Position numbers and translations under genes: made by a program. This document shows positions 31,742 to 41,608 of a stretch of DNA of 64,000 nt, piece after piece (the stretch's first letter is position 1; each line of letters starts with the position of its first letter). The stretch is from positions 992,001 through 1,056,000 of the forward strand of contig OZ242274.1 of assembly GCA_965207375.1 (NCBI GenBank), given 5' to 3'. The notes under the pieces are model-generated. The model was not told where the DNA came from. It saw only the letters and a list, made by a program, of their open reading frames with translations, and did no database searches. Source of the stretch: Nitrosopumilaceae archaeon. Lineage in GTDB: Archaea; Thermoproteota; Nitrososphaeria; Nitrososphaerales; Nitrosopumilaceae.

Positions 31742-32758
31742 TCAGACAATGCCGACTAGCCCTGCAAGTTCCTTTCTGCACGATGCGCCCAATTTTTCAG
31801 CAGCCTCCTCTGGAGACACATCATTTAAGAAAATTCCATATCCTCGTTCTAGTCCAGACCATGGCTTTGTAATCGGATAGATTTCTATATGCCAATGAAT
31901 TTGACGACTGTTTTTCTTTTCAGGAGACAGGTGGAAAACTATGCTGTAGGGAACGTTTTTGATAGTTTTTGTCAAACCTCCAAGTGTGGCTCGCAAGATA
32001 AGGGATAAGTCATTAATTTCCTTTTGAGTTATTTTAGAAAAGCATGTATTATGTTTTTTAGGAGAAATGCAAAACTCGTAAGGATACGAAGGGGCCCAAG
32101 GTGTAAATGCTATAAATCCTTCAGTTTGAAGTATTTGTCTGGGTCCGCCTATTTCTTCATTGACTGTCTGACACATGGGACACACGCCTTTCTCATTAAG
32201 GATTTTATGCGATGCCTCTGCCTCTTCTTCAATAACCGGCGGGATGGTAGAGAAGGTGACAATATTTAGATGTGGGTGAGAATTAAAGCTGCCTGCCTGC
32301 TTGCCGTGGTCTGCATAAATTGAGACATACGTTACACCTTTTTGCGTATAAAGCCATCGTAATCTGTCTTGGACTACGACTAGAATGTTTGACCATTGCT
32401 CCATGTCTAGTATTGCAAAATTATCTTTTTCGTTGGGTGATGCAACAACTACATAATGATATCCATAAGCGGGTTCGCTATAATGCGGCCTTTCACTGTA
32501 GGTGTTTTCAGAATTAACTGATACAACAGGAATCTTGCTCTCAAAAACCCTGATTGACCAGCCCTTAACATAATCGTCCTCACTATCTTGCAATCTTTGT
32601 AGCATGCCATCTTTTGCCACTAGTGACAAAACCGAAAGATTTGTCTTGGATTCGTGCCCTGGTGCATATGGTGATTTTTTTGCATCCTTGATTATTTTAT
32701 CAGTAGAGTTGACAATCATGAATCTTTCAGAGACATAGTCCTTTCTCATATCTCCCAT
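31742..32758 (-). CDS. galT: Galactose-1-phosphate uridylyltransferase family protein
   Basis: AGSFNSHPH, CPMC, HWHIEI and SPEEAA motifs. Confidence 0.85.
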   Translation of the reverse strand: MGDMRKDYVSERFMIVNSTDKIIKDAKKSPYAPGHESKTNLSVLSLVAKDGMLQRLQDSEDDYVKGWSIRVFESKIPVVSVNSENTYSERPHYSEPAYGYHYVVVASPNEKDNFAILDMEQWSNILVVVQDRLRWLYTQKGVTYVSIYADHGKQAGSFNSHPHLNIVTFSTIPPVIEEEAEASHKILNEKGVCPMCQTVNEEIGGPRQILQTEGFIAFTPWAPSYPYEFCISPKKHNTCFSKITQKEINDLSLILRATLGGLTKTIKNVPYSIVFHLSPEKKNSRQIHWHIEIYPITKPWSGLERGYGIFLNDVSPEEAAEKLGASCRKELAGLVGIV

Positions 32759-33033
32759 GGTGTTTTTTCAATTTTTGTGCGTTAAAACGTTTACTTTACA
32801 GTTTTCTTATGCTGCAAAAACTGTATCTTTTTCTCATCTACTGCCAAACATTTCTGTTGATATTCTTTGTTTTTAAAAAACACCAAAAATGCCAAGTTCA
32901 ATCAATTAGGCAATATGTTGTCATGCCAAAAACTGACATGTTTTTCGATCGCAATTGCAAATGAAACTTTAAAGCATCAATTATTTGAGAACATACAGGG
33001 TAGATCAAAATTTCTGATAATTCAAAGATTCAC

Positions 33034-34299
33034 ATGGTTTATGTTCTATTAGACGGCGTAGGTGACCTGCCACATCCTGATTTGGAGGGAAAAACACCCC
33101 TTGAGGCTGCAAATACCCCCATTATGGATGCACTTGCACAAAATGGAGCACAGGGAGAGGTCATATCTGTTGGAAAGGGAATAGCACCAGAATCTGATAT
33201 TGCAGTCTTTAACATGTTGGGATACAAATTTGCACATGCAGATTATGTTGGCAGGGGTGTAATAGAGGCAATTGGAATAGGGGTGGATTTTAAAAATGGG
33301 GATTTGGCGTTGCGTGGAAATTATGCAACACTTGATGATCAGGGAATCATAATAGACAGAAGGGCAGGGCGACACATTGAAAAACAAGATGCTGAGGAAA
33401 TCGCAAAAGAAATAGAGAACAAAATAAGATTTTCACACCCTAGTACATCTGTAGTCATTGCACCAACGATAGGCCACAGAGTCACAGTACGAATTAGATC
33501 TGAGAATAACAGTTTATCATCAAAAATAACCAATACGGATCCTGCTTATAGCAACATAGGGGGGATGGGAGTTGCAAAAGCCGTGGGAGATTTTTTAAAA
33601 ATTGAAAAATGTTTGCCATTAGAGGAGGGAGATCAGGCCAGACTTGCCTCTGATTTGGTAAATGAATTTAATACACAGTCGATCAAAATTATGCAAGACA
33701 GCCAAATAAATAAAAAACGAAAGGAGGACTCGAAAAAATTACTTGGCTGTATTCTGTTAAGAGACGCAGGAAACAGGTATCCTGATGTGGTACCAATTAA
33801 TGAAAAATATTTGATGAATTTTTCGTGCATTGTGGATATGCCTGTAGAACTAGGTATATCGCAAGTGTTGCAAATGAAGGCATTTGAGGCGGGGGGACTG
33901 ACTGATTATGAACAAAAAGCAAAGATTGCAGCCAAAGCAATGGATACCCAAAATGCAATATATGTACATCTCAAGGGACCTGATGAATTTGGTCATGATG
34001 GCGATGCAATAGGTAAAAAAAACAATATTGAAGAAATCGACAAAAGGTTTTTCAAAACGCTACTAGACAACATTGATACAAGCAAGGTGGCAGTAGTTAT
34101 TTCAGCAGATCATTCTACTCCGTGTATTAACAAAGGACACAGTGATGACCCTGTCCCCGTGCTAGTTTCAGGAGACATGATTCACAAAGACGACACCGTA
34201 CGAGTAACAGAGTCTGAGGCAAAGAAGGGAAGTATAGGACTATTGCAAGGCGCACAGGTGGTTCAAACTGCTTTGGATCTGATTAAAACCTCCAATTAA
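33034..34299 (+). CDS. apgM: Archaeal BPG-independent phosphoglycerate mutase
   Basis: DGVGD...KTPLEAA, ESD, DRRAG, HLKGPDEFGHDG and ADHSTP motifs. Confidence 0.92.
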   Translation: MVYVLLDGVGDLPHPDLEGKTPLEAANTPIMDALAQNGAQGEVISVGKGIAPESDIAVFNMLGYKFAHADYVGRGVIEAIGIGVDFKNGDLALRGNYATLDDQGIIIDRRAGRHIEKQDAEEIAKEIENKIRFSHPSTSVVIAPTIGHRVTVRIRSENNSLSSKITNTDPAYSNIGGMGVAKAVGDFLKIEKCLPLEEGDQARLASDLVNEFNTQSIKIMQDSQINKKRKEDSKKLLGCILLRDAGNRYPDVVPINEKYLMNFSCIVDMPVELGISQVLQMKAFEAGGLTDYEQKAKIAAKAMDTQNAIYVHLKGPDEFGHDGDAIGKKNNIEEIDKRFFKTLLDNIDTSKVAVVISADHSTPCINKGHSDDPVPVLVSGDMIHKDDTVRVTESEAKKGSIGLLQGAQVVQTALDLIKTSN

Positions 34300-34710
34300 G
34301 AAAAATTTGGCTTGGCTGTTGGAGTGGACCTCATAAAATGATAGTAAGTGTTAATGTCACACTTGAATTTTTATTCTATCTTTTGACAGCAAAGTAATTT
34401 CGTGCCTAAAATTATTATAAATTCAAAACAACGTTAACAGATACAAATGATTTTTTTTACCCTATAATTCATACGGTAGGCTTTGCCTTTATTTGGATGC
34501 CAAACTTGGCAGCTGTAAGTTATCTTGTGGTTATGTGAATTTTTACTGTATCATGATTTTCAAAGGCTTCTAGGACAGATTCTGCATCGTGTCTATGTTG
34601 GTCTTGATTGACTCTACGTTCTGTGTCCATTTTGGTTTTGAAGTAAACTTGCTTTTTATCCTGGTTCTCTCTACAGTATTGATTTTAAAGGAGTATGAAT
34701 GCCAAGCGTT

Positions 34711-34830
34711 ATACTTGTAGATGGGTTCGCACCACTCTCACAGAGGTCGCTCCATCGCCGTAACTACGCGGGAGTGATTATCATAATGTGGATCCTGATG
34801 CTACAGGTATGTTGCCTGCTAGAAAGCAGG
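34711..34830 (+). ncRNA. Candidate structured non-coding RNA (strand uncertain)
   Basis: GC-rich island with a 10-bp closing stem 34711-20/34801-10, crossing helices and the hairpin CCTGCT-AGAA-AGCAGG. TTTAAA lies ~25 nt upstream. Confidence 0.5.
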
Positions 34831-34917
34831 TTAGGTTATCAAAAAATTTCCCTCGTTTCTGATTCAAGATTTATGATCACATGTGTCTAGCGTTGATTTT
34901 AACTTTTTTTGTATGAA

Positions 34918-35478
34918 CTAAACCTCAAATCTGACTAGTTTTTTGTCATGCTTCATTTTGGCTACTCTGTATTTGATGCTATCGATGTTGATTCCGTGAT
35001 ATGAACCTGTGCTGTTACCAATTTTTTCTTCGACTCGGTCTAGCATGCCCAAACCAATCGTGACATCGTTTTTTTGACAATGTGCAAATGATACTGCCAA
35101 CAAGATGAGTCCCTGCACCAGGATTTTTTCTGATCCCTTGCATTTTTTCCAGACGCCCTCCCATGCTTCGTGTGCCTCCCAGTATCGTTCATGATTGAAA
35201 TAAAAGATTCCGTCTCTGATGCCGTCATCCTTTGAGGTGTCTTCTTCTACTACATGTCGTGCGTTGTCTAGTTTTCCAATAGGTTCTAGGCAAGCAACTA
35301 TGGCATCAAAATTATCTTTATCTACGGACACATCAAGTTCTACAAACTTGCTTGCTATTCTACATACGCGAATAGAGGCAATAACTCCTTTGCATAGTTC
35401 TCTGGCCTTGTGTACCACGTCGCGAGAGTTATGCGGCAGGTATTGCTCATTTTCCAAATGCAACATGTATCGTTCCAT
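34918..35478 (-). CDS. DUF309 domain protein
   Basis: FN..RYWEAHEAWE.VW and QGLI motifs. Confidence 0.85.
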   Translation of the reverse strand: MERYMLHLENEQYLPHNSRDVVHKARELCKGVIASIRVCRIASKFVELDVSVDKDNFDAIVACLEPIGKLDNARHVVEEDTSKDDGIRDGIFYFNHERYWEAHEAWEGVWKKCKGSEKILVQGLILLAVSFAHCQKNDVTIGLGMLDRVEEKIGNSTGSYHGINIDSIKYRVAKMKHDKKLVRFEV

Positions 35479-35560
35479 AAAAATTCCAAGATCCTATTTC
35501 TTAAATTTCTTATTGACATCAATCAAGATTTATATGCACTATGGCAAGGATTTTGGATAC

Positions 35561-35953
35561 ATGTCTGTGATCAATGCAGTAAGTGATGTAAATAATACGT
35601 TCCTGTCAAGACGGGAGATTATATGTAATTTTGCAGGTCTTGGTGGAAAGCTCAAAAAATTAGATGCAATAGATATGATAACTAGGGAGTTTAAACTAGA
35701 TGGCAAAATCGTCATTCCGATTAACATGACATCTCATGTTGGAAAGCCATTGATGTCAGGTACCTTTTATATTTACGATGATGAAGTGCTTGCAAGAAAG
35801 CAGGTAAATCCAACAATATTTGCCAGACTAGAAAAGGCAAAAAAGAAGTTAGATGAGGAACAAGCTGCACAAACAGAAGATAAACCCACACAAACAGAAG
35901 ATACGCCAGATGCCAAAACAGATGCACCTGCACAAGGGGAGAAATCTGAATAA
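35561..35953 (+). CDS. rps24e: 30S ribosomal protein S24e
   Basis: N.FLSRREI and G...IYDD motifs; coupled to S27ae. Start set at ATG 35561. Confidence 0.85.
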   Translation: MSVINAVSDVNNTFLSRREIICNFAGLGGKLKKLDAIDMITREFKLDGKIVIPINMTSHVGKPLMSGTFYIYDDEVLARKQVNPTIFARLEKAKKKLDEEQAAQTEDKPTQTEDTPDAKTDAPAQGEKSE

Positions 35954-36126
35954 TGTCTAGAAAAAAAGGCTCTAGTCCCAAAATCTCTAGTTATTATGCA
36001 ATAGACGGCGAGAAGGTAACTAAAACAAAAAGAATCTGTTCAAGATGTGGAAAAGGAGTTTTCATGTCCGAACACAAAGACAGACATACCTGTGGAAAGT
36101 GCGGACTTACAGAATTTAATCAGTAA
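35953..36126 (+). CDS. rps27ae: 30S ribosomal protein S27ae
   Basis: MSRKKGSSPKISSYY...CSRCGKGVFMSEHKDRHTCGKCG; missed by the ORF track. Confidence 0.93.
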   Translation: MSRKKGSSPKISSYYAIDGEKVTKTKRICSRCGKGVFMSEHKDRHTCGKCGLTEFNQ

Positions 36127-36827
36127 AGTTTCTTTTTACGTATTTTAGTACTCTTTGACTCTAACTGGTTAATTTTTTCAACAAATTTTGGATCCAGTTT
36201 AATCTTGGACATGGATTCGGCTGAAATTTTTACTGTGTTGGTATCCAAAGCTATGTTGTTTTTGGGAAGCTTGGTGTCGATCCAATTTTTTACAATCTTG
36301 TCCTCCAACCTGTAATCGCGAAATCCTGCAGGAAATTTTTTTGTAATGTGTGACAACAGTGTCCTGTCATTAAAAACTGCCTTTGGTTCAAACAATCTGG
36401 TCTCGTCTGCATATATATTTTCAAATAGATTTCCAGAAATCTCGTCTGAGAGAACCTCCATCTTTGAAACCTTCCGTATGAGCTCCAAATAGTGTAAAAA
36501 TTCGTGGGCCAAAATGGCATGAATGGTTCCTTTGAGTCCGTATGCTACCAATGGTGCAGAAATCTGAATAACCACCTGCAAATTCTCCTCATGAATCAAT
36601 GGAATAGTGCGCGCAAACAAAATCCCATATTGATACGAGCTAGGATCTGATGCTGTTACGGTGATACTGGGTTCAACGTAGGCAATGGGAAATCTGATTC
36701 CTGATGCCTTTTCAATACGATTTATTCCAGAAACAGTAATTGGGAATCGTTTCTTGATTAACGAGTATACTTTTTCGGGTATGCTGTGTTGTTTGTATGC
36801 CTCTTTAACCTTAATCAGTGGATCCAT
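36120..36827 (-). CDS. Hypothetical protein with HEXXH metallopeptidase-like motif
   Basis: ILAHEFLHYLE. Confidence 0.75.
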   Translation of the reverse strand: MDPLIKVKEAYKQHSIPEKVYSLIKKRFPITVSGINRIEKASGIRFPIAYVEPSITVTASDPSSYQYGILFARTIPLIHEENLQVVIQISAPLVAYGLKGTIHAILAHEFLHYLELIRKVSKMEVLSDEISGNLFENIYADETRLFEPKAVFNDRTLLSHITKKFPAGFRDYRLEDKIVKNWIDTKLPKNNIALDTNTVKISAESMSKIKLDPKFVEKINQLESKSTKIRKKKLY

Positions 36828-36865
36828 AGAATCAACTCAAGTTAGCAACTAGTAAAATTAAACCA

Positions 36866-36967
36866 TTATCTAGAGCGAGCCTTACCTGACTTTGATTTTT
36901 TACTCTTTCGTCTTTTTTCACGCTGATCTGCCCACCGTTCATGTTTGCCTGTTTTTCTTATTGGCAT
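36866..36967 (-). CDS. 33-aa highly basic microprotein
   Basis: MPIRKTGKHERWADQREKRRKSKKSKSGKARSR. Confidence 0.5.
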   Translation of the reverse strand: MPIRKTGKHERWADQREKRRKSKKSKSGKARSR

Positions 36968-37300
36968 GATAAATCACTATTCTGTAGGACTAGTTAATTG
37001 TTACCATTATTTGGAACTAAAGTTAACGGGATCTGGGTGAATCTCAACCTATTGCTATTATGGTATCCTTTGTCATCTTAGTTGTTTATTCTTAAACTCA
37101 TTTTGTATGTCATTCTCTTTTCCTCCTAGGTCAGGGCAGGTCTGTCAAACTTGTCATCAAAATCAAAAATCTGTAACTGTTTTGCTTTTTGAAGCTCTCT
37201 CAAATGGTCATGCGCAACATTCCCTATCATTTGCAATTTGTTATTCCTTAGGATATAATACAGAAATAAAATAATGCTATCGGGCGCTACTAGGAATTTC

Positions 37301-37680
37301 TTAGAATATCATAAAAGATGGTATCTTGAATCTTGCTAATATGGTAAACAGTATGGAATTGGTCTCCATGTCTGTAGCAGAACGGTTCCCGCCTCCATCG
37401 TACCGTATCGATACAAAACGCCGGTTCATTATCTCCACTCTGTTATTGTCAGGTTCTGCCCCCTCCATTGTCCGAAACGTAGTATACCCTTCCTTCTCCA
37501 TCTCTTTTGGAATCTGCGTATCGTATCGTGCTTGTCATCGGTCCACTCTGCGTTCATAATCTGATGTATTTGACTGTCAAGACAGTTGATTGACACCTTT
37601 TTTGAGTGCGTGTCTGTTACCTTGTCTGCAAAATAGTGTTGCTTGCATAGATGCACAAGTTCGTTTAGAAATTTCAGCAC
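37301..37680 (-). pseudogene. Frameshifted IS66-like transposase C-terminal remnant (a second family)
   Basis: GAEPDNNRVE.MNR...IR..GGGNRS resembles the IS66 P.NN..E..R...R....RS motif; split over two frames. Confidence 0.6.
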
Positions 37681-37959
37681 GTCTCACTTGAGATTGCCGT
37701 ATTTAATCTCCTTTTTTGGCAGCCGAAGAATGCATATTTTAGATAGGATGTGACAGAAATTAGATCAGCAGGTACAAATTTCTTGGCAAACAAATGGGGG
37801 CATGTAACTAGGCTGAAGCGTCAAAAAGCGAAACAATTATGAAAACATCTTCTTGATTTTGAATCCCATGGATAATCTGACTATATTCACAAACTTTTGA
37901 ATACGCTCATCTAAGAACTGCATAATTTGAAAACAGTTCTGTTGTGTCTGTTATAGGAA

Positions 37960-38169
37960 TTATTTTTCTAATTTATCTAGGGGTGTATCAAGTCTACCCT
38001 TCCATCCAAAAGAGCATTGGTTACAAAACCATTTATCTTGAAATGGTGATACCATGCAACCACCCATAATAGTTCTCCCATCTTCTAGTTCCTTGGAGGG
38101 AATTATGTAACCATATAATATCTTTGCAACAGAGTTGCTGCCACATTTGGGACACTTGCGTCTGCCCAT
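37960..38169 (-). CDS. Small zinc-ribbon protein
   Basis: CPKCGS..VA.ILYG...GGC...W.CNQC. Confidence 0.7.
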   Translation of the reverse strand: MGRRKCPKCGSNSVAKILYGYIIPSKELEDGRTIMGGCMVSPFQDKWFCNQCSFGWKGRLDTPLDKLEK

Positions 38170-38302
38170 GTGAACTGTTCAATATTTTGTAAAATATAAT
38201 ATTTGATAGTAAATATTTTTGATGTATTACTAGGGGAGCACGATTCTTACCTTTTTTGGAAATGATTTCTGTATTTTTGCCACTTTTGATATATTCTACG
38301 AC

Positions 38303-38644
38303 ATCTCTTCTTTTTGTCTTTACAAATCTACCATTTGATTTGCTAGTTTTACCATTTTTAATCCAAGTCGACATTGCTAATACTGATATCGCTAAAATCA
38401 AATTGCACACAGGTACAATTTACACCTAAAATGGCAGAAACGTTGGGCTCTATACCTCAGCCTTCGACTAGTTTTTTTATGGGAACACCGCCATCAGTAA
38501 ACAGTAGTGCAACTCTGCCTAAGCTAGTGAAAAGGGTGATGAATTTCGTGCCTGAAATTTGGACTGTGCTACTATCTAACCATCCTCTACTATATTTAAG
38601 GTAAAAGAGTCAGGACCAGTCTTTGCATAAGATACAAAATGAAT
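38303..38644. repeat. Duplicate of the pus10 3' end and downstream DNA (left copy, with an 89-bp insert at 38498-38586)
   Basis: Near-identical to 40349-40601. Confidence 0.92.
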
Positions 38645-38927
38645 AATCAATCTAGTAGGTTAGGTGTGAATTTGAACGGATTAAGTTGTACCACCTGCCC
38701 ATTATTGCAAATTTATTAGTAACCGGTTTCTAGAAACTATAACTTTGATTGGAGTCAGGTTATGTTCTTGTGATTGTTTTGTAAATTCAAATATTGTAAT
38801 ACATTCATCTGACATGTCTATATGTTGCATGTATTTCAAACCCGTGTTGTTTTGCGATAATTATACCACACTGGACATCTCAAATCTAAAAGTACGTTTA
38901 TAATGATAAAATTAGATTTATTGCTAC

Positions 38928-39230
38928 GTGAGAAATAAATTGACTAAACCAAAAAATCAATTACGTAATGCATTTGTGTTAATTCGTTGTACTAAGAAAA
39001 GTCACAAGAATTGCAAACCTGTTCGTAATGCGTTGATGAATAACTTCAACAACGTATTACAATCATATACCACAAATGCAGTTGTGGAGGATATTGAGTA
39101 CTGTGTTGCAGGAAAGGCACTGATAAAGGATTCAGAGATTAATAAATTTGAGAAAAATCTCAAGAGCCTAAAAACGGATTCCTCAAATCCCATCGGTGTG
39201 GCAGAACTAAAACTGTTAATTTCAAATTAA
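38928..39230 (+). CDS. Hypothetical protein (possible Lrp/AsnC C-terminal or ACT-like fold)
   Basis: 100-aa ORF with an AFVLIRC start strand; 19 nt upstream of the HAD gene. Confidence 0.55.
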   Translation: MRNKLTKPKNQLRNAFVLIRCTKKSHKNCKPVRNALMNNFNNVLQSYTTNAVVEDIEYCVAGKALIKDSEINKFEKNLKSLKTDSSNPIGVAELKLLISN

Positions 39231-39249
39231 TCTAATCGATCTGTTACAT

Positions 39250-40212
39250 ATGGATATATTTCTAAAGACATCTGAAAAACACCAATCAAATGTCATAAAT
39301 CAAATCAATAAAAGAAAAACTACATATGCCAACATTGAAAAAATAAACCGTCATACAGACAAAAAAGGCAATTATTATATCCTAATTTGTCACAAGAAAT
39401 TACTGGTATCACATACGGAAAAAATCAAGATCAAAAAATCCTATGAAAAACTAGAACACGTCAGCGATGTTTCCATAATCCAAACAAATCCAGACAATTT
39501 TATGAAAAATTACAAAAATAGGGATTGTAGGTTCATTTTTGACATTGATAGTACATTGACTCCAGGGGAACCGGGTATCCTATCTAGGGAATCAAGATCC
39601 GTTTTAGAAGAATTACGTTCATCAGGTCACTGGATTCATTTTGCTACAGGTCGCAGTGATGGTGATTTATATGATCTTATTTCAGAATGCAATACTGAAC
39701 CACAAGGTATTGCAGAGAATGGTGGTTTGCTAGTATTAAGTAAAACAAATATTCAAGAGATGGGTAGTAGGAAGGAACCAGACATGGCATACCAGTATCT
39801 GAAAAAGAAATTCAAACGACGTTTAATTCAAGATATCAAACAGGGCTCACGGATAACCGAACGCATAATCAAAAAGAATTTGACACGGAGTGAAGTTGAT
39901 TTATGTACTAAAAAATACAGCGTTAAAGTGCTATCTAGTAAGAATTCATATCATATAGTTGATAAGCATGTTAACAAAGGAATAGCTCTTCGAAAACTGA
40001 GCAATATGCGACATTGGGACAAAGATTTAATCATATCTGTAGGGGATAGTGATCTAGATGTACCAATGTTTCAAGAATCCAACTTCAGTTTTGCCGTGTC
40101 CAACGCATCTAAACTGGCAAAAAAACATGCATCTGTTGTGCTAGATAACAGTTACGTCGAGGGTGTGCAAGAAATGTTTCGTACCTGGTTTATGTTTTCT
40201 AAATTACAGTAA
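39250..40212 (+). CDS. HAD hydrolase (Cof/phosphoglycolate phosphatase-like) with N-terminal extension
   Basis: FDIDSTL, ATGR, AENGG, NKG and GDSDLD motifs. Confidence 0.88.
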   Translation: MDIFLKTSEKHQSNVINQINKRKTTYANIEKINRHTDKKGNYYILICHKKLLVSHTEKIKIKKSYEKLEHVSDVSIIQTNPDNFMKNYKNRDCRFIFDIDSTLTPGEPGILSRESRSVLEELRSSGHWIHFATGRSDGDLYDLISECNTEPQGIAENGGLLVLSKTNIQEMGSRKEPDMAYQYLKKKFKRRLIQDIKQGSRITERIIKKNLTRSEVDLCTKKYSVKVLSSKNSYHIVDKHVNKGIALRKLSNMRHWDKDLIISVGDSDLDVPMFQESNFSFAVSNASKLAKKHASVVLDNSYVEGVQEMFRTWFMFSKLQ

Positions 40213-40348
40213 TTGTCTAGATGGTTAGATAAAACGTTAACTTTGCATAAGATCATGATAGTAAAAATCTGATAGCATGATTCCGTCATTGCAAAAAGAT
40301 ATTTTTGCTACCCCTTGTTGAAATAAATTCCTCACCTGTACAGAACCT

Positions 40349-40601
40349 ATCTCTTCTTTTTGTCTTTACAAATCTACCATTTGATTTGCTAGTTTTACCA
40401 TTTTTAATCCAAGTCGACATTGCTAATACTGATATCGCTAAAATCAAATTGCACACAGGTACAATTTACACCTAAAATGGCAGAAACGTTGGGTTCTATA
40501 CCTTCGCCTTCGACTAGTTTTTTTATGGGAACGCCGCCATCAGCTACTATATTTAAGGTAAAAGAGTCAGGACCAGTCTTTGCATAAGATACAAAATGAA
40601 T
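40349..40601. repeat. Right copy of the 253-bp direct repeat
   Basis: Matches 38303-38644 minus the insert. Confidence 0.92.
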
Positions 40602-41573
40602 CACTCGTTTTGTAGTCTTTGAACCATCTGATATTGTAATTGGGTTTTTTACCAACAGTTTTAATCTTGATAATGACTTTATTTTGGAATTGGCATGAAC
40701 CTGTATTGATATCGTGGACTGAAATCTAATGGGCACTGTAGGTATCTGCCCAATTTTGCGCAATCCAAAAAGAGTAACAGGACCTAGTCTGATTTGTTTT
40801 TTAACGCCTGAATTTCTTTTTTTGGGATTGACAAGCTTGGCAAAAAACAATCTGCCAGAGCCAGAAACCAGACTGTCTTTATCCTCGCCTCCTATCCATG
40901 TGAATTTTGCCTGAATGCAATCGTAATGTTTGTAAAAATACTGTGCAATTATGCCCTCTATACTGTTGAATTTGACAATGCCGCAATTATTGCAAAAGAT
41001 GCACCCTCGGCCACTACAATCAGGACACGGTTTTTGTTTCTGTGGCAGACCTCGTGTGTTTTTGATATATCTTCCAAAAACAATCAGGGATTTGAGGCGC
41101 AGCTTGCATGTATCAATTCTAAAGTTTACCAAAAATGTAATGTCTGGGTCGTGGGGCTCTGGTATTTTTTGGGATTTTTTAGCAAATGATTTTGTAATGT
41201 GTCTTGTAATCTCGGTTTTAACACTATCAATTCCGCGAGTTTTGAATTTTGAGCGAATAAAATCATCTCTGTCCATAAAAGACGGCTTTAGTATTGCACC
41301 GACCAAAAAAGATGAATATGCCGTATTTTTTGATATGTCAAGCAGCCTTTCAACATAAGGATCTAGGTGATCAAGTAGATTTTTACAAATGTAGCATTTT
41401 TCATCTTTTTTATAGTTAATCTGGAATTTGATTTTTTTACCTAGCAGTTTAGCAGAGATTAGATGCAGTTTTTTCACATATAGTCTTCCAAGACAGGAAT
41501 CACACAGAGAAAACTCTTTTAGAATTTTACGAGACTCTTGCAGTATGACGTCATAGGCAGGTTTTTGGTTCAA
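40404..41573 (-). CDS. pus10: tRNA pseudouridine synthase Pus10-like
   Basis: LCDSCLGR..CYIC zinc site, GRYIK..RGLPQ, GGEDKD and ADGG..IKKLVEG motifs. Start TTG 41573 is inferred. Confidence 0.85.
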   Translation of the reverse strand: MNQKPAYDVILQESRKILKEFSLCDSCLGRLYVKKLHLISAKLLGKKIKFQINYKKDEKCYICKNLLDHLDPYVERLLDISKNTAYSSFLVGAILKPSFMDRDDFIRSKFKTRGIDSVKTEITRHITKSFAKKSQKIPEPHDPDITFLVNFRIDTCKLRLKSLIVFGRYIKNTRGLPQKQKPCPDCSGRGCIFCNNCGIVKFNSIEGIIAQYFYKHYDCIQAKFTWIGGEDKDSLVSGSGRLFFAKLVNPKKRNSGVKKQIRLGPVTLFGLRKIGQIPTVPIRFQSTISIQVHANSKIKSLSRLKLLVKNPITISDGSKTTKRVIHFVSYAKTGPDSFTLNIVADGGVPIKKLVEGEGIEPNVSAILGVNCTCVQFDFSDISISNVDLD

Positions 41574-41608
41574 TGTTGTTTGCAATTTATCTGTCTTGGA
41601 TTTTAAGA

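Noticed and set aside
34699-34890. 63-aa ORF as a protein
   Set aside because: No recognisable motif; the base-pairing pattern and local GC richness are better explained by RNA structure.
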